DNA of 64,000 nucleotides from Oculina patagonica (Eukaryota): NCBI RefSeq assembly GCF_052425735.1, contig NC_135765.1, positions 2,976,001 to 3,040,000 of the forward strand, read 5' to 3'. Shown piece by piece: positions 63,210 to 64,000 of this stretch (position 1 is its first letter; each line of letters starts with the position of its first letter). The notes under the pieces were generated by a model. It saw only the letters and a program-made list of their open reading frames with translations, ran no database searches and was not told where the DNA came from. The position numbers and the translations under genes were made by a program.

Positions 63210-63591
63210 GATTTTTGCATGACGCGGTGTCGCTCTGTTGATGCTACTGCCCTGCTCTGCCTGCTGATGTGCCGTGGGTTGTTTGTTCCTGAGTTTATAA
63301 TACCGCTGCAGTTGTCGCCAGAACAGCAGTTTTCTTCGAAGGTGAAAGTCCACCACGGAGGCCAAGGGCAACTGAATGTGGCACATCTTCTATGGCGAGT
63401 CTACAGCCTTCATATGCATTCGGAGAGCTACACCTTTTGTAGCAGTAGTTTCCATTAGATCGCCTGAAGTGCAATTCATCCTACCCCGATTAGACATGTT
63501 GATGATTTCGATGGGCATGCAGTTTTTGTCCTCTTTGAGTTGCAGTCATCCCAGGAATCTTCGCTTGTTCATTTGTAACAGCTCAGGCAAT
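63210..63591 (-). pseudogene. Ly6 pseudogene L (counterpart of F)
   Basis: Acceptor intact, DCLSCYK followed by TGA (63571-63569), downstream frameshifts, ENCCSGDNC retained; upstream is only an intron remnant. Confidence 0.8.
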
Positions 63592-64000
63592 CTAGAGGAA
63601 ACGACGAATCGGTATTAAAACCTGGATCAACTCGTCAAGCTACCAGGCGAACACGGTTTATCTCAGGGAGCGAACGCGGAAACATGAACGACTACCTGGA
63701 GAGTACGCCCCCAGAATGCATCGACTTGTCTTGGTCAGACTTGCTCACCTCCCACCCCGGGGGGGTACTCCCTATAATGGCCTATACGGGGAGGCTCCGC
63801 CCGAAAGGGGTACCTTTTTCAGGCTTCAGGTATATAAAAGGGTAGGGATTTCACAATATTAGGTATATGAAAGGGTATAGAAATCTGATATTTAGGTTTT
63901 TCAAAGGGCCTTTAATTAAAAAATTTCGAACAGATGCAATTCAAGCTAATTCGTGGCTGTAATATTTCAACTTATTAAGCGCTACATGAAAATGACAAGA

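Noticed and set aside
63569-63571. TGA at a Cys position in copy L (and TGA in copy A) as selenocysteine
   Set aside because: Both copies have other disabling lesions, counterpart F has TGT, A's TGA replaces Ser, and no SECIS was recognised.
29500-63750. Genuine giant inverted repeat between 29.5-39.5 kb and 55.2-63.7 kb
   Set aside because: Better explained by a mis-oriented haplotig, because the contig ends at the two gaps join each other exactly.

Overview
Eukaryotic, intron-containing scaffold, most likely from a stony coral or other anthozoan (inferred from repeat families and gene content). It has three contigs (1-9756, 10257-39468, 39969-64000) separated by two 500-N gaps. Genes: a CD68/LAMP-type lysosomal membrane glycoprotein (last exon at 95-288; four exons at 42148-45669), an intronless BTG/Tob gene (two copies), a complete six-exon UFC1, and a tandem cluster of two-exon Ly6/uPAR (three-finger) protein genes. 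The cluster holds 8 intact genes, 3 pseudogenes and 1 orphan first exon. Contig 1 joined to the reverse complement of contig 2 appears to be one haplotype and contig 3 a second haplotype of the same locus, so contig 2 is probably inverted in the assembly. The most notable biology is the three-finger cluster: 12-Cys domains with a hypervariable loop III, a CArG (SRF-type) box upstream of all ten first exons, and a subfamily that lost its GPI-anchor signal through a shared 28-nt deletion. That loss predicts secreted, toxin/SLURP-like proteins. The cluster also shows haplotype hyper-divergence, copy-number variation and gene conversion. Many MITEs are present, several polymorphic, plus a nested transposon carrying (TTAGG)n and a 65-bp satellite.
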